Shown here one piece after another: positions 20,962-30,369 of a stretch of 64,000 nucleotides of DNA (positions within the stretch are counted from its first letter, which is position 1; each line of letters opens with the position of its first letter). The stretch is from an uncultured delta proteobacterium (GTDB lineage Bacteria; Myxococcota_A; Polyangia; Fen-1088), in the NCBI GenBank assembly GCA_963737265.1, contig CAVTRY010000023.1, positions 384,001 to 448,000 of the forward strand. The letters run 5' to 3'. The notes under the pieces were generated by a model that saw only the letters and a program-made list of their open reading frames with translations, was not told the origin of the DNA and made no database searches. The position numbers and the translations under genes are program-made.

Positions 20962-22788
20962 TCATCCCCCAAAGGTGAAAGCATAGGCGGCCACATCTTT
21001 ACCACGAATCTTGAGCGCCACCTCGTGCTCGCCATAGGGACCGGAATAGAGGTTGTACAGATCGTGACGATCGACGGTGATGGGCTTGCTCGCCTTGCCG
21101 TCCACGGCGACGTCGACCACAACCGGCTTGGCGCCTTTCTCGATTCCGAGCACTAGATTCACCTCGCCAGCCAACGCATGGTAGCGAATCTCGCCGCCGC
21201 CTGAGCGTAGCACCTGGCGTTCGTCGTCCACCAGCTGCCATTCTCCGCCAAGAGCGAAGCGGTCGGACGGCAGTAGCGTGGGCGCGGCGTACTTGTGGCG
21301 GCGCCCATCCGGCGCGCCCGCGCTGTTGGCAAAGGCCGTCCAGCCGCGCGAGCTGAGATAGGTCTCGGGGGAAATCCGAGCCTCTTGCGCTTCGCTAGGC
21401 TCGCCGGCACTGGCGGGAGCGCCGCCTGTTGCACGCCCCAGCTCTGCAAGCAAGCTGCGAACCGCGAGGTCGGTCGCTTCGGCCTCTCCGTCGCCGAAAT
21501 GGGTGTAGCGAATCACGCCCTGGGCGTCGATGAGATAGCTGGCCGGCCAATAGCGATTGTCGAAAGCCCGCCACGTGGCGAAATCGTTGTCCTGCGCGAT
21601 GGGATAGCCAAGACCGTGGTGTTTGATTGCCGCGGCGACATTGTCCGGATTCTTCTCGAAGGTGAATTCGGGGGAATGCACGCCAACAATCACAAAGGGC
21701 AAGTCCTTGTACTGCGCCCACAGCTTCGTTAGATGCGGCAGCGTCCGCACGCAATTGACGCAGCTGTAGGTCCAAAAATCGACGAGCACGACCTTGCCCC
21801 GCAGCGACGCCAGGCTGAGCGGAGCCGAGTTGTACCAGGGGCCGAGGCCGGACAGCTCCGGTGCGGGAGCGAGCTTCGGCAGTACGGGTAACTCAGTATT
21901 GGGTCTCGAAGCTGGCGGCGGCTTCCTGTCCGCCTGCGATGCCGCCATGGCCTTGCCGAACAGCCGTTCCTCGATGGCTGAACCGGCATTTCCCAAATTG
22001 GTGTGGTCGCCAAGCCAGGTCTGCAGACCAAGAAACCACTGAAACTGAAATGCCGCCGCCGAAAGCACGAGCAGCGCGCCGGAGACTTGCTTGATTCGTC
22101 CGCTGTAGCGGGCAAAACCGCGCGCGGCGCGCGCCATGCTCTGGCCGCCGTAGCCAATGACCAGCAACGGCAGGGCCGCGCCGGCGGCATACGCGGTCAG
22201 GGCCAGGAATGCCCGCGCACCAGGTTCATCGCGCACGAGGGTCAGGGCAAAGCCAAGCGCCGGCCCGGCACAGGGCACCCATACGAGACCCAGCGTCAAC
22301 CCAACGACAAGGGCGGAAAGCAACGACTCGCGGCCCAATCCCGTCGCCGCATCTTCTTGGACGTTGGCGCCGACCTGCTGTATGCGCGCCGCCACGCGGC
22401 CGCCGAGCGCCACCGCAGCCGCGCCCAAGAGCGCAGCGCTCACCAACACCAGCCAGCCCTGTCCCCAGAAGAAGGGCACGGCCCCCACAATCGCCAGCGC
22501 GATTTGCAGCCGAAAGCGCGTGGTTAGAAAGCAAAGGCCGCACAACAGCAGCGCGTAATAGGTGCCGATGCGAATGAGATCGGCCAAGTGGACGAGCTGG
22601 CGCAAAAGAATCTGCAAGGCAAAGGTGAACACCACGAAGCTCACCACCATGCCGGCCGACGTAACAAGCGGGCGCCATTTACTCCGGCCCGACAGGCTCA
22701 CGCCCAGCACGATGGGTACCAGGGGAAGAATACACGGCAAAAGAATGGTCAGCACGCCCGCCGCGAACAGCGTCAGTAGTGTCGTCAT
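20962..22788 (-). CDS. dipZ: DipZ-like protein (CcdA transmembrane domain + thioredoxin + C-terminal domain)
   Basis: LPCILP, WVPCAGP, DFWTYSCVNC, GVHSPEF.FEK, SPETYL. Confidence 0.88.
   Translation of the reverse strand: MTTLLTLFAAGVLTILLPCILPLVPIVLGVSLSGRSKWRPLVTSAGMVVSFVVFTFALQILLRQLVHLADLIRIGTYYALLLCGLCFLTTRFRLQIALAIVGAVPFFWGQGWLVLVSAALLGAAAVALGGRVAARIQQVGANVQEDAATGLGRESLLSALVVGLTLGLVWVPCAGPALGFALTLVRDEPGARAFLALTAYAAGAALPLLVIGYGGQSMARAARGFARYSGRIKQVSGALLVLSAAAFQFQWFLGLQTWLGDHTNLGNAGSAIEERLFGKAMAASQADRKPPPASRPNTELPVLPKLAPAPELSGLGPWYNSAPLSLASLRGKVVLVDFWTYSCVNCVRTLPHLTKLWAQYKDLPFVIVGVHSPEFTFEKNPDNVAAAIKHHGLGYPIAQDNDFATWRAFDNRYWPASYLIDAQGVIRYTHFGDGEAEATDLAVRSLLAELGRATGGAPASAGEPSEAQEARISPETYLSSRGWTAFANSAGAPDGRRHKYAAPTLLPSDRFALGGEWQLVDDERQVLRSGGGEIRYHALAGEVNLVLGIEKGAKPVVVDVAVDGKASKPITVDRHDLYNLYSGPYGEHEVALKIRGKDVAAYAFTFGG
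21850..21883 (+). repeat. direct repeat copy 2 (within dipZ; encodes LPKLAPAPELS)
   Basis: Matches 19458-19492. Confidence 0.85.
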
Positions 22789-22802
22789 GGCCTCCTCCTT
22801 CC

Positions 22803-23876
22803 TCAGTCGCGCAGGTAGTGACAGGTGTATCCGTCGGGGTGCTTTTGCAAATAGTCCTGGTGGTAGTCCTCGGCTGGATAAAACGCCGAGGCGGGCACGA
22901 TTTGCGTGACCACTTTGGCCGGCCACTTGCCCGAGTGATCCACCTCGGCCTTCACGCGCTCGGCAACCTGGCGCTGTTCTTCATTGTGAAAGAAAATCGC
23001 CGACCGATATTGCGTTCCGATGTCGTTGCCCTGGCGATTGGGCGTCGTCGGATCGTGCAGGCGGAAGAAGTAGCGCAGAATGCTTTCGTAGGAAATCACC
23101 TTGGGATCGAAGGTGATTTGCACTGCCTCGGCATGACCCGTGCGACCGGTATGCACTTGTTCATAGCCTGGATTGTCAGTCGTCCCGCCGGTGTAGCCCA
23201 CGATGCTGGAAAGCACGCCGGGCAACTTACGTATCAGTTCCTGAACGCCCCAAAAGCAGCCTCCCGACAGGGTCGCCAGCGCCTTGGCGCTGTTGCTCGG
23301 GATCGTTGCCGCGGGCGCCTTCACTCCGAGCAGCGGCAAATACCGGCCGTACCCAGCCTCCGCCATCTGTTCCACCGGGACGAAGCGCATGGCCGCCGAA
23401 TTCATGCAATAGCGTTTTCCCGTGGGCGGTGGCCCGTCGTCGAAGACGTGGCCGAGGTGCGAGTCCGCGTGCCGCGACCGCACCTCGACGCGCGATTCAA
23501 ACAGCGAATTGTCGGACTTGGTCACCACGTTGCCGGGTTCGAGCGGCCGGGTGAAGCTGGGCCAGCCAGTCCCGGATTCGTACTTATCCTTGGAAAGGAA
23601 CAACGCTTCGCCCGAGACCACGTCCACATAGATACCGTCGCGATGGTTGTTCCAATACTCATTGTGAAAGGGCGGCTCCGTGCCGCTTTCCTGCGTCACC
23701 TCGTACTGCAGCGGCGAAAGTTGCTTGAGGCGCGCCGCCTTGTCCGGCATCGGCGCGGCGCTGGCCTGCTGCGGTTGTGTCTTTCCCTTGGCGGACGCGC
23801 CGAACAATGCCGCCACGCCGCCAGCGCCAACGGCCACCACGATTGCAATACGAGCCACAAGCTTCGCGTTTTTCAT
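22803..23876 (-). CDS. msrAB: exported bifunctional methionine sulfoxide reductase MsrB-MsrA
   Basis: [23 protein letters not shown] (MsrB); [20 protein letters not shown] (MsrA); signal peptide. Confidence 0.95.
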   Translation of the reverse strand: MKNAKLVARIAIVVAVGAGGVAALFGASAKGKTQPQQASAAPMPDKAARLKQLSPLQYEVTQESGTEPPFHNEYWNNHRDGIYVDVVSGEALFLSKDKYESGTGWPSFTRPLEPGNVVTKSDNSLFESRVEVRSRHADSHLGHVFDDGPPPTGKRYCMNSAAMRFVPVEQMAEAGYGRYLPLLGVKAPAATIPSNSAKALATLSGGCFWGVQELIRKLPGVLSSIVGYTGGTTDNPGYEQVHTGRTGHAEAVQITFDPKVISYESILRYFFRLHDPTTPNRQGNDIGTQYRSAIFFHNEEQRQVAERVKAEVDHSGKWPAKVVTQIVPASAFYPAEDYHQDYLQKHPDGYTCHYLRD

Positions 23877-23952
23877 CGATCTCTCCTTGTTGGATGCCGG
23901 TGACGCGAGATCGTCGAGTCACGGGCCGCGAGAATCATCGTTCCAATGGAGA

Positions 23953-23978
23953 TACGCGCGGCAGAGCGGAAAGGTTAC
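23953..23978 (-). promoter_or_regulatory. ECF-sigma-type promoter upstream of msrBA-dipZ
   Basis: Minus strand GTAACC-N16-CGTA, matching the generic ECF AAC/CGT pattern. Confidence 0.55.
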
Positions 23979-24021
23979 CGAGCTGGCGGCAAACGGCGTG
24001 AGCGCCGAGCTATTGGATCGC

Positions 24022-24818
24022 CTACGGGAACTGGCCGGCGGCCACCAGCAGATCCAGGCGAGCCTGGCGGACGGTGTCTTCGGCGATAACGACGGCGCTG
24101 TCGGCATCGCGCGCCCGGCGCTCGGCATCGATGACTTCGATGTTGGTGGTGGCGCCGGCGTGATAGGCGATGTTGGCCAAGTCCAACGCTTGATGGGCGA
24201 GCTCGGCGGCGGCGTTGGACGAACGCATGGCTTCGTCGGCGCGGCGGATCTCCTCCACGGCGACGCGAATATCGGAGCGCGTCTGTCGCAAAATGCCGTC
24301 GTACTGGGCGCGCACTTCGGCGAGCAGGGCCGCGCGTTCGCGCGACTGCCCAACGCGAATCCCACCCTCCATGATGGGAAAGCTGAGCACCAAGAACGCC
24401 TGCCAACCGGTTTCGGGCATGGTGAGGGTTGCCGGGTGCTGAAAGAAGGGCTGGAACTGCCCACTGAGCACGGGCATGAAATCGGTCCAACTGTCCTGAC
24501 GGACTTTTTCGGCGGTGAGGGCACGCGCCTTGGAGGCCTGGACGTCCTGGCGGCGAGCCGCGGCGTCGTCGGCGTTCGTGCTGCCGTCGGGCAGGCTTAC
24601 GTCGTCGAAGGTATCCACGGGTTTGTCTTCGCCGAGCAGAACGCCGAGCGCCTCGCGCGCCCGTGCGAGGGCGGTGAAGCTGGCGGAAAGCAGTGATTGG
24701 TCGGAGGCGAGCTGCTGCGCGGCCCGCACCTCGTCGACGCGATTGCCGACGCCGCCGGCGAAACGCGTGTGGGTATAGTCGTAGTGCGAGCGATCGTTGG
24801 CCACCGAACGCGCATTGA
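24022..24818 (-). pseudogene. TolC-like outer membrane factor, 3' fragment (IS-interrupted)
   Basis: OEP features ARRQDV, FPIMEGG, YHAGATTNIEVIDAE; frame resumes at the TSD (NARSVANDR). Confidence 0.88.
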
Positions 24819-24842
24819 GGGTGGGTTGCACGGGTCCGGGTT

Positions 24843-26399
24843 TCATGACTGGGCGGCCTGGGCTTGGGTGTGAGGCCAGAGGGCGAGCCAGGCCCCCGGG
24901 TTGTAGAAGGCAACCCTGAGCGCGACCATGGCTTCAAGGCCGACCTCGCTCCAGAGCATGCCGCCTTGCTTGCAGCGCCGGCCGACGAGGCGCTTGTTGG
25001 TGCTTTCGATGGCGGCACTGGCCAGCGGATAGCCGGCAGCGTGGTATGCGGGGTAGTCCATCATGTGCTTGTGGCGGCTCAGGTAGCCGGTCAAGTCGTC
25101 GAGGGCTTTGACCGCTTGGCTGCCGGTGGAACGCTGCCGCTCTTGGGCGAGGCCCGAGAGCACCTGGTCGACCTTGCCGTCCATGATGGCCTCGGTACGT
25201 GGCAAGACCCAAGATGGCACTGCTTTCTTGTCCGGCACGACCTTGTGACCTGCCTCCCAGACATGCTGCTTGGCGTGCTGGCAGTCGAGGATGCCAAGCA
25301 ACGGCTGGTCGCAGAAGATCTCGTCGCTGTGCTCGATGAAGTAAGCGCCACCGTCGGAGACACGGACTACCTTCTGGCGAGACAGCACGCCCTGGGTCGT
25401 GGCGGCGGCGTGCAGCTTGTGCCAAAAGCCGTCTCGGTCGTTGAGTGTTGCGACGTAGCGCCGGTCCAGCAAGACGCCTCGGCCGGGGCTCTCCTCGCAG
25501 GCGTGTTCCCCGAGGTAGGTCAGTCCCATGCACACCTCGCGGCCGGCGACCCGTGGTGAGCGCCCGGTGGGCCCCATGGGCGAGCCAGCGACCTCGGACA
25601 GGGTACTCGGCGCCTGATGGCGAAGGGCACGTTCGCCGGTCTCGCTGACCGCTGCCGACTGTGTGGCGTTCGGGACCGCAGACGGCGCCTTCGCCTCGTC
25701 GGTCGCTTTGCGCCGTGGCTCTTGTCCTGGTTTCCAGGTCAGGACGTGAACACCGTCAACCTCGATCACGCCGAAGCCCTCTGTACGCTTGGGCGCACAC
25801 AGGTCACCGCGAGCCTGGGCGTGCACCTGTTGGTCGTACTTGCTCCAATGGGCTTCGGCATCGGCCTGGGCGGCCTGGGCGGCACGCGTTCCATCTTCGG
25901 TCACCCATCGCTTGGCGGTGCTCCCGTCGGGAGCCACGGCCCACAGGTAACGGAGTTCCTCGACGGCCTCGTCGAAGCTGCCCATCCGGCAGGCCAGCCT
26001 TTCGGTCGCCTCGCGCACATCGTCGGCGTATTCGCCCGCAGGAAGGCCCCAAGCCTCGTCAAAGGCAAACCAGCTGCGGCCGCAAACACACTCGTTGCGT
26101 CGACGATCGGCTTCCACCCGACCGAATCTCGCCACGAACGTCGTTCTCTCAAATCCTCTGGATTTGGCTTGCTTTCCACAGGTGCAGACTTGTCCAGGTC
26201 CATGAGCCCGCGCGGCCTGTTGGATGACCAGTTCCATGGCTCTTCGGCCCACAGTCGACAACGTCGTCGCCAGCGCAGCCCCCAGCGTCGCCACGGACAT
26301 GCCATCGCCGCGCAGCGCTTGTTGTTCGAGCTCGTTCAATTTCTGGACGAGCGGTTCCAGAGCCTGCAAAGTCAATCCTGCGACATTGGGTCGTCTCAT
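24843..26399 (-). CDS. DDE transposase (ISKra4/UPF0236-like)
   Basis: EVDGV, SDGG, LDCQHA, MDYPAY...LASAAIESTNK...RCKQGGMLWS; AGGAGG upstream of ATG 26399. Confidence 0.9.
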   Translation of the reverse strand: MRRPNVAGLTLQALEPLVQKLNELEQQALRGDGMSVATLGAALATTLSTVGRRAMELVIQQAARAHGPGQVCTCGKQAKSRGFERTTFVARFGRVEADRRRNECVCGRSWFAFDEAWGLPAGEYADDVREATERLACRMGSFDEAVEELRYLWAVAPDGSTAKRWVTEDGTRAAQAAQADAEAHWSKYDQQVHAQARGDLCAPKRTEGFGVIEVDGVHVLTWKPGQEPRRKATDEAKAPSAVPNATQSAAVSETGERALRHQAPSTLSEVAGSPMGPTGRSPRVAGREVCMGLTYLGEHACEESPGRGVLLDRRYVATLNDRDGFWHKLHAAATTQGVLSRQKVVRVSDGGAYFIEHSDEIFCDQPLLGILDCQHAKQHVWEAGHKVVPDKKAVPSWVLPRTEAIMDGKVDQVLSGLAQERQRSTGSQAVKALDDLTGYLSRHKHMMDYPAYHAAGYPLASAAIESTNKRLVGRRCKQGGMLWSEVGLEAMVALRVAFYNPGAWLALWPHTQAQAAQS

Positions 26400-26483
26400 G
26401 GCGGTGCCTCCTTCTTGGATAGCTGAAGGCATCGCCATGAATCTCCTTCCTACGCAAATTCCTTCCATTTTGGGAACCACGCC

Positions 26484-26562
26484 AGGGCCCGTTTTCCGAG
26501 CGCGCCACCCACCAACTCGCCCTCGAATCAACGTCCCGTAGCGCGCTCGGAAAACGGGCCCT
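26484..26562. repeat. perfect 22-bp inverted repeat with a 35-nt spacer in the IS leader
   Basis: agggcccgttttccgagcgcgc (26484-26505) and gcgcgctcggaaaacgggccct (26541-26562). Confidence 0.9.
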
Positions 26563-26600
26563 TCAGCCGCCACCAGAACCCGGGCCCGTGCAACCCACCC

Positions 26601-27129
26601 GCGCATTGATGTCGACTTGGCGCTTGAGAGAAATGATGGCCAAATAGGCGCGCGCCGTGGTGACGGCCAGCGTACGGCGAGTGTCTTCGCTGCCGGCCGC
26701 GGTGGCGTCGAGATTCGCGGAGGCCTCCGACCATTGCGTCCAGGAACGAGGCGCGACCAGGGGAACGTTGACCAGGAGGTTGCCGGCCTGCTGGTTCTTG
26801 GGGGAAATGGTGCTGCCCTTGTAGATGCGATCCGCATCGAGGCGAGTCAAGATTCCGTTCGCCATGAGCGACGGCATCGAAGCCGCGCGCGCCTCGACGA
26901 GCAACGCCTCGGCACGCTTGATTTCCTGAAAGGCAACCACCGCAGTCGGATTGCGCACGAGCGAACGGCGGACCGCCTCGGTCAGCGAGATCTTCTCATA
27001 CGCGGGCCCCGACTCCGGCTCGACCTGGTTCAGTTTGGGCATGGGCGGCATGGGCGGCACGCTTTCCGCCGACACGCGACCGGTCGATAACCAAGAAAAT
27101 GCCAATCCAACCAACAGCGAAATTCGCAT
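26601..27129 (-). pseudogene. TolC-like outer membrane factor, 5' fragment
   Basis: Signal peptide MRISLLVGLAF; ISLTEAVRRSLVRNP; TARAYL; ends at the TSD (DINAR). Confidence 0.88.
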
Positions 27130-27139
27130 CGCGCACCGA

Positions 27140-30100
27140 CTACGCATGCACGCGCTCCTCGTTCGCATCGTCTTCATCGGGGGCCGAGCGCTTGGCGAAA
27201 CGATCGAGCAGGGTGTAGAGCGCCGGCACCAGGAACAACGTAAAGAAGGTCGAAACCATGAGCCCGCCGATGACGGCACGGGCGAGCGGCAGGTTGGTTT
27301 CGCTGCCTTCACCGATGCCGAGAGCCATGGGGATGAGACCAAGAATGGTGGCGATGGTGGTCATCAAGATCGGGCGGAGGCGCGTGCGCCCCGCCTCGAC
27401 GGTGGCCTCGGCGATGCCCTTGCCGCGCCCGCGCAGCACGTTGGCGAAGTCGACCAGGAGCACGCCGTTCGACACCACGATGCCCACCATCATGATGATG
27501 CCCATGAAGCTGTTCACGCTAAGCTTGGTGCCGGTGAGAAACAGCATGATAAACACGCCGGAAACCCCGAGCGGCACGCTGAACATGATGACCAGCGGAT
27601 CGATGAGCGACTTGAACTGGCTGGCAAGCACCATGTAGACCAGCGCCAGCGCCATGATGGCCGCAAAGATCAGGCCCTGGAAGGCCTTCTTCTGCTCCAG
27701 GGTCTGACCGCCGAGGGTCGCAGAGAAGCCATCCGGTGGCTGCAGCTCATTCACGACGTTCTGGACGGCATCGCTGGCCGCGCCCAGATCCGAATCCGGT
27801 GCTATGTTGGCCGTGACGTGGACGATGCGCTGCAAATACTTGCGGTCGATCATGACCGGGCCGCTGCGCCGTTCGATCTTCGCCAAGCTGTCCACGTTCA
27901 CGATGCCATTGGCCGGCGTGCGCACGAACAGGTCGCCGAGATCGCCCACGTGTCCGCGGTTGTTGTCGTCCATCCTGACATTGATGTAGTACTCGTTGCC
28001 GGTCTTGGGATCGGTGTAGGGCACGGGCGTAATCTGGGTGTTGCCAAGCAGGCTGATGAGGATGGTCTGCGCCAGATCCTGTTCGGAAACGCCGAGCATG
28101 CCCGCCTTTTCCCGATCGACGTCCACGTCGAACTCGGGGCTGTTTTCCTCGCGCGAGGATTGAATGTCGACCACCAAAGGCCGGCCCTTGGAATCGGTCA
28201 GGGTGCGCATCTTGTCCATGAGCTCCTTGCCGTAGTTCGAGCCGGCCTCGAAGTCGTAACCCAGGACCTCGACGTCGATGGGCGCGGTGGCGCCGAAATT
28301 CTGGATGCGCTTGACGATGCCGCCGATGAAGAAGAAGACCTGCGTGCCGGGCACGGCATCCTTGAGCGCGGCGCGGACCTTCTCGGCCGCCGTCACGTCG
28401 GAGACCGGACGCTCCATGCGCGGCACCAGATTCACCTGCAAGTTGGCCGAGTGGGTGCCGGTGTTGGTGCTGAAGATTGCGGTTCGACCGAGGGGCAGAC
28501 CGGTATCGGAAAGAATGGTGGTGTAGAGCGGCGTCTCCTTGCCACCGCTGCGAACGGGCGCAAGCTGGTCCTGAATGATCTTTTCGATCCGCTGCGTGAC
28601 CTGCTCGGTGCGCTCCACGCGGGTGCCGATGGGCGTCTTGTAGCTGACGGTAAACTGCGATTCGTCAGTCTCGGGAAAGAACTCCGTGCCGATGAAGCGT
28701 TTGATGAAAAGGCTGCTGAAGAAGAAAGCGATGATGGCGACGATAGTGATAGCCCGGTGGGAGAGCACCCAGCGCAGCGAGCCGGCGTAGGCCGCGTCGA
28801 GGCGGTCGAAGAAACCGGTAACCGCCGCGGCAATGCCCTTGGGCTTGTGCTCATGCGTGCCCTCTTTCAGCCAGTAATAACAAAGCAGAGGCGTCACCGT
28901 TCGCGAGACCCAGAAGCTCATGGTGAGAGCGAACGCGATGGTAAGCGCCAGCGGCAAGAACAGGTAGCGCGCGATGCCCGACATGAACAGCACGGGAAAA
29001 AACACCACGATGGTGGTGATGGTCGACACCAGGATGGGCATGGCCACTTCCTGCGCGGCCAGCAGAACCGCCTGTTTGCGATTCTGCCCGGAGGCCAAAT
29101 GGCGATGGATGTTTTCCAGCTCGACGATGGAGTCGTCGACCAAGCGGCCGACGCCGAGGGCGAGACCACCCAGGGTAAAGACGTTCAAGGTTTGGTTGGT
29201 GAAGAAGAGCAACATGAACGTGGCCACGATGGAAAGCGGGATGGCCACGCCGATGATGGCGGTGGCCCTGATGTTCATCAGGAAGATGAGGATGACGAGA
29301 ATGGCGAGCAGACCGCCCTGGATGGCTTCGTGCTGCAAAGCCGACATGGCCGAGCGGATGTAGCTCGATTGGTCGAAGGAGATGTTGAGCTGCACGTTGG
29401 CGGGGACCGAGCGCAGCTTGGGAATCGCGGCCGTGACCGCATCGACCGTGGCGATGGTGTTGGCGCCGGGTTGTTTGAGCACCCGCAGGTAGACGCCGCG
29501 CTGGCCGTTGACGCGCACGATCTCTGTTTGGTCGGCGGTCAGATCCTCGACCGCGGCGACGTCGGAAATTCGCACCACGCCCTGGGCCTGGCCGGGCGCC
29601 GCGGCGGTGGAGCGGACCACCACCCGGCGCAGCGGTGCCACGTCGGGAACCTGGGTGTTGGTGAATACGTTGTAGTCGCGGTCGCCGGCGCGCAGGCTGC
29701 CGCTCGGCAAGAGCAGATTGGAGGTGCGCACGGAATTGAAGAGATCGAGGATACCGACCCCGCGCGAGCGCATGGCGTTCTGGTTGGCCATGACCTCTAT
29801 TTCGCGCACCTTGCCGCCACCGACGGAAGCGCTGGCCACGCCGGAAATGCGTTCGAGCTGGGGCTCGATGGTGTTGTAGGCCAGGTCGTAGAGCTGCTTT
29901 TCGTCGAGCGAGTCGCTCGACACCGCCACGGCGAGAATGGGGATGTTGGTGATGTCGAACTTGAGCACGAAGGGCTGCTGAATTCCCGGCGGTAAGGTGT
30001 TGAGGATTTGGGCGATCCGCTGCGACACCTCGAACTGGGCGTTGTCGAGGTTGGTGCCGTAGTTGAACCACACGCTGATGAGCGAAACGCCCTGCTTCGA

Positions 30101-30349
30101 CGAGCTTTCGACCCGATCCACGCCCGGCGAAGCGCTCACCGCGCGCTCGATGGGCTGGGTGATGGACTTCTCGATGTCGGCTGGACCCGCACCGGTATAA
30201 AAGGTCGCGATGCGGATGACCGGGATGGTGATGTCGGGGAACAAATCCACGGAAAGCCGGTTGAGCGACACCACGCCCAGCACGATGAGCATGAGCGACA
30301 GCATCAAAATGAAGACGGGATTCTTGAGCGCGAGTCGTGTGAGCCACAT
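27140..30349 (-). CDS. RND efflux permease (AcrB/MdtB/SwrC-like)
   Basis: 1069 aa; LVDDSIVELENI; GIVVSNGVLLVD; RLRPILMTT. Confidence 0.95.
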   Translation of the reverse strand: MWLTRLALKNPVFILMLSLMLIVLGVVSLNRLSVDLFPDITIPVIRIATFYTGAGPADIEKSITQPIERAVSASPGVDRVESSSKQGVSLISVWFNYGTNLDNAQFEVSQRIAQILNTLPPGIQQPFVLKFDITNIPILAVAVSSDSLDEKQLYDLAYNTIEPQLERISGVASASVGGGKVREIEVMANQNAMRSRGVGILDLFNSVRTSNLLLPSGSLRAGDRDYNVFTNTQVPDVAPLRRVVVRSTAAAPGQAQGVVRISDVAAVEDLTADQTEIVRVNGQRGVYLRVLKQPGANTIATVDAVTAAIPKLRSVPANVQLNISFDQSSYIRSAMSALQHEAIQGGLLAILVILIFLMNIRATAIIGVAIPLSIVATFMLLFFTNQTLNVFTLGGLALGVGRLVDDSIVELENIHRHLASGQNRKQAVLLAAQEVAMPILVSTITTIVVFFPVLFMSGIARYLFLPLALTIAFALTMSFWVSRTVTPLLCYYWLKEGTHEHKPKGIAAAVTGFFDRLDAAYAGSLRWVLSHRAITIVAIIAFFFSSLFIKRFIGTEFFPETDESQFTVSYKTPIGTRVERTEQVTQRIEKIIQDQLAPVRSGGKETPLYTTILSDTGLPLGRTAIFSTNTGTHSANLQVNLVPRMERPVSDVTAAEKVRAALKDAVPGTQVFFFIGGIVKRIQNFGATAPIDVEVLGYDFEAGSNYGKELMDKMRTLTDSKGRPLVVDIQSSREENSPEFDVDVDREKAGMLGVSEQDLAQTILISLLGNTQITPVPYTDPKTGNEYYINVRMDDNNRGHVGDLGDLFVRTPANGIVNVDSLAKIERRSGPVMIDRKYLQRIVHVTANIAPDSDLGAASDAVQNVVNELQPPDGFSATLGGQTLEQKKAFQGLIFAAIMALALVYMVLASQFKSLIDPLVIMFSVPLGVSGVFIMLFLTGTKLSVNSFMGIIMMVGIVVSNGVLLVDFANVLRGRGKGIAEATVEAGRTRLRPILMTTIATILGLIPMALGIGEGSETNLPLARAVIGGLMVSTFFTLFLVPALYTLLDRFAKRSAPDEDDANEERVHA

Positions 30350-30369
30350 GGACGGGTACCGCCTAACGC

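Larger units (their letters stand above)
24819..26600 (-). mobile_element. insertion sequence, ISKra4/ISLre2 (Mutator-like DDE) type, 1782 bp
   Basis: TIRs gggtgggttgcacggg(t/c)ccgggtt at 24819-24842 and 26577-26600 (23/24 match); 9-bp TSD gcgcattga at 24810-24818 and 26601-26609. Confidence 0.93.

Noticed and set aside
26400-26837. Extended N-terminus of the 664-aa transposase ORF
   Set aside because: Runs through the TIR into tolC sequence; the RBS supports ATG 26399
26951-29995. 1014-aa plus-strand ORF
   Set aside because: Antisense shadow of the RND permease caused by high-GC codon bias; no motifs
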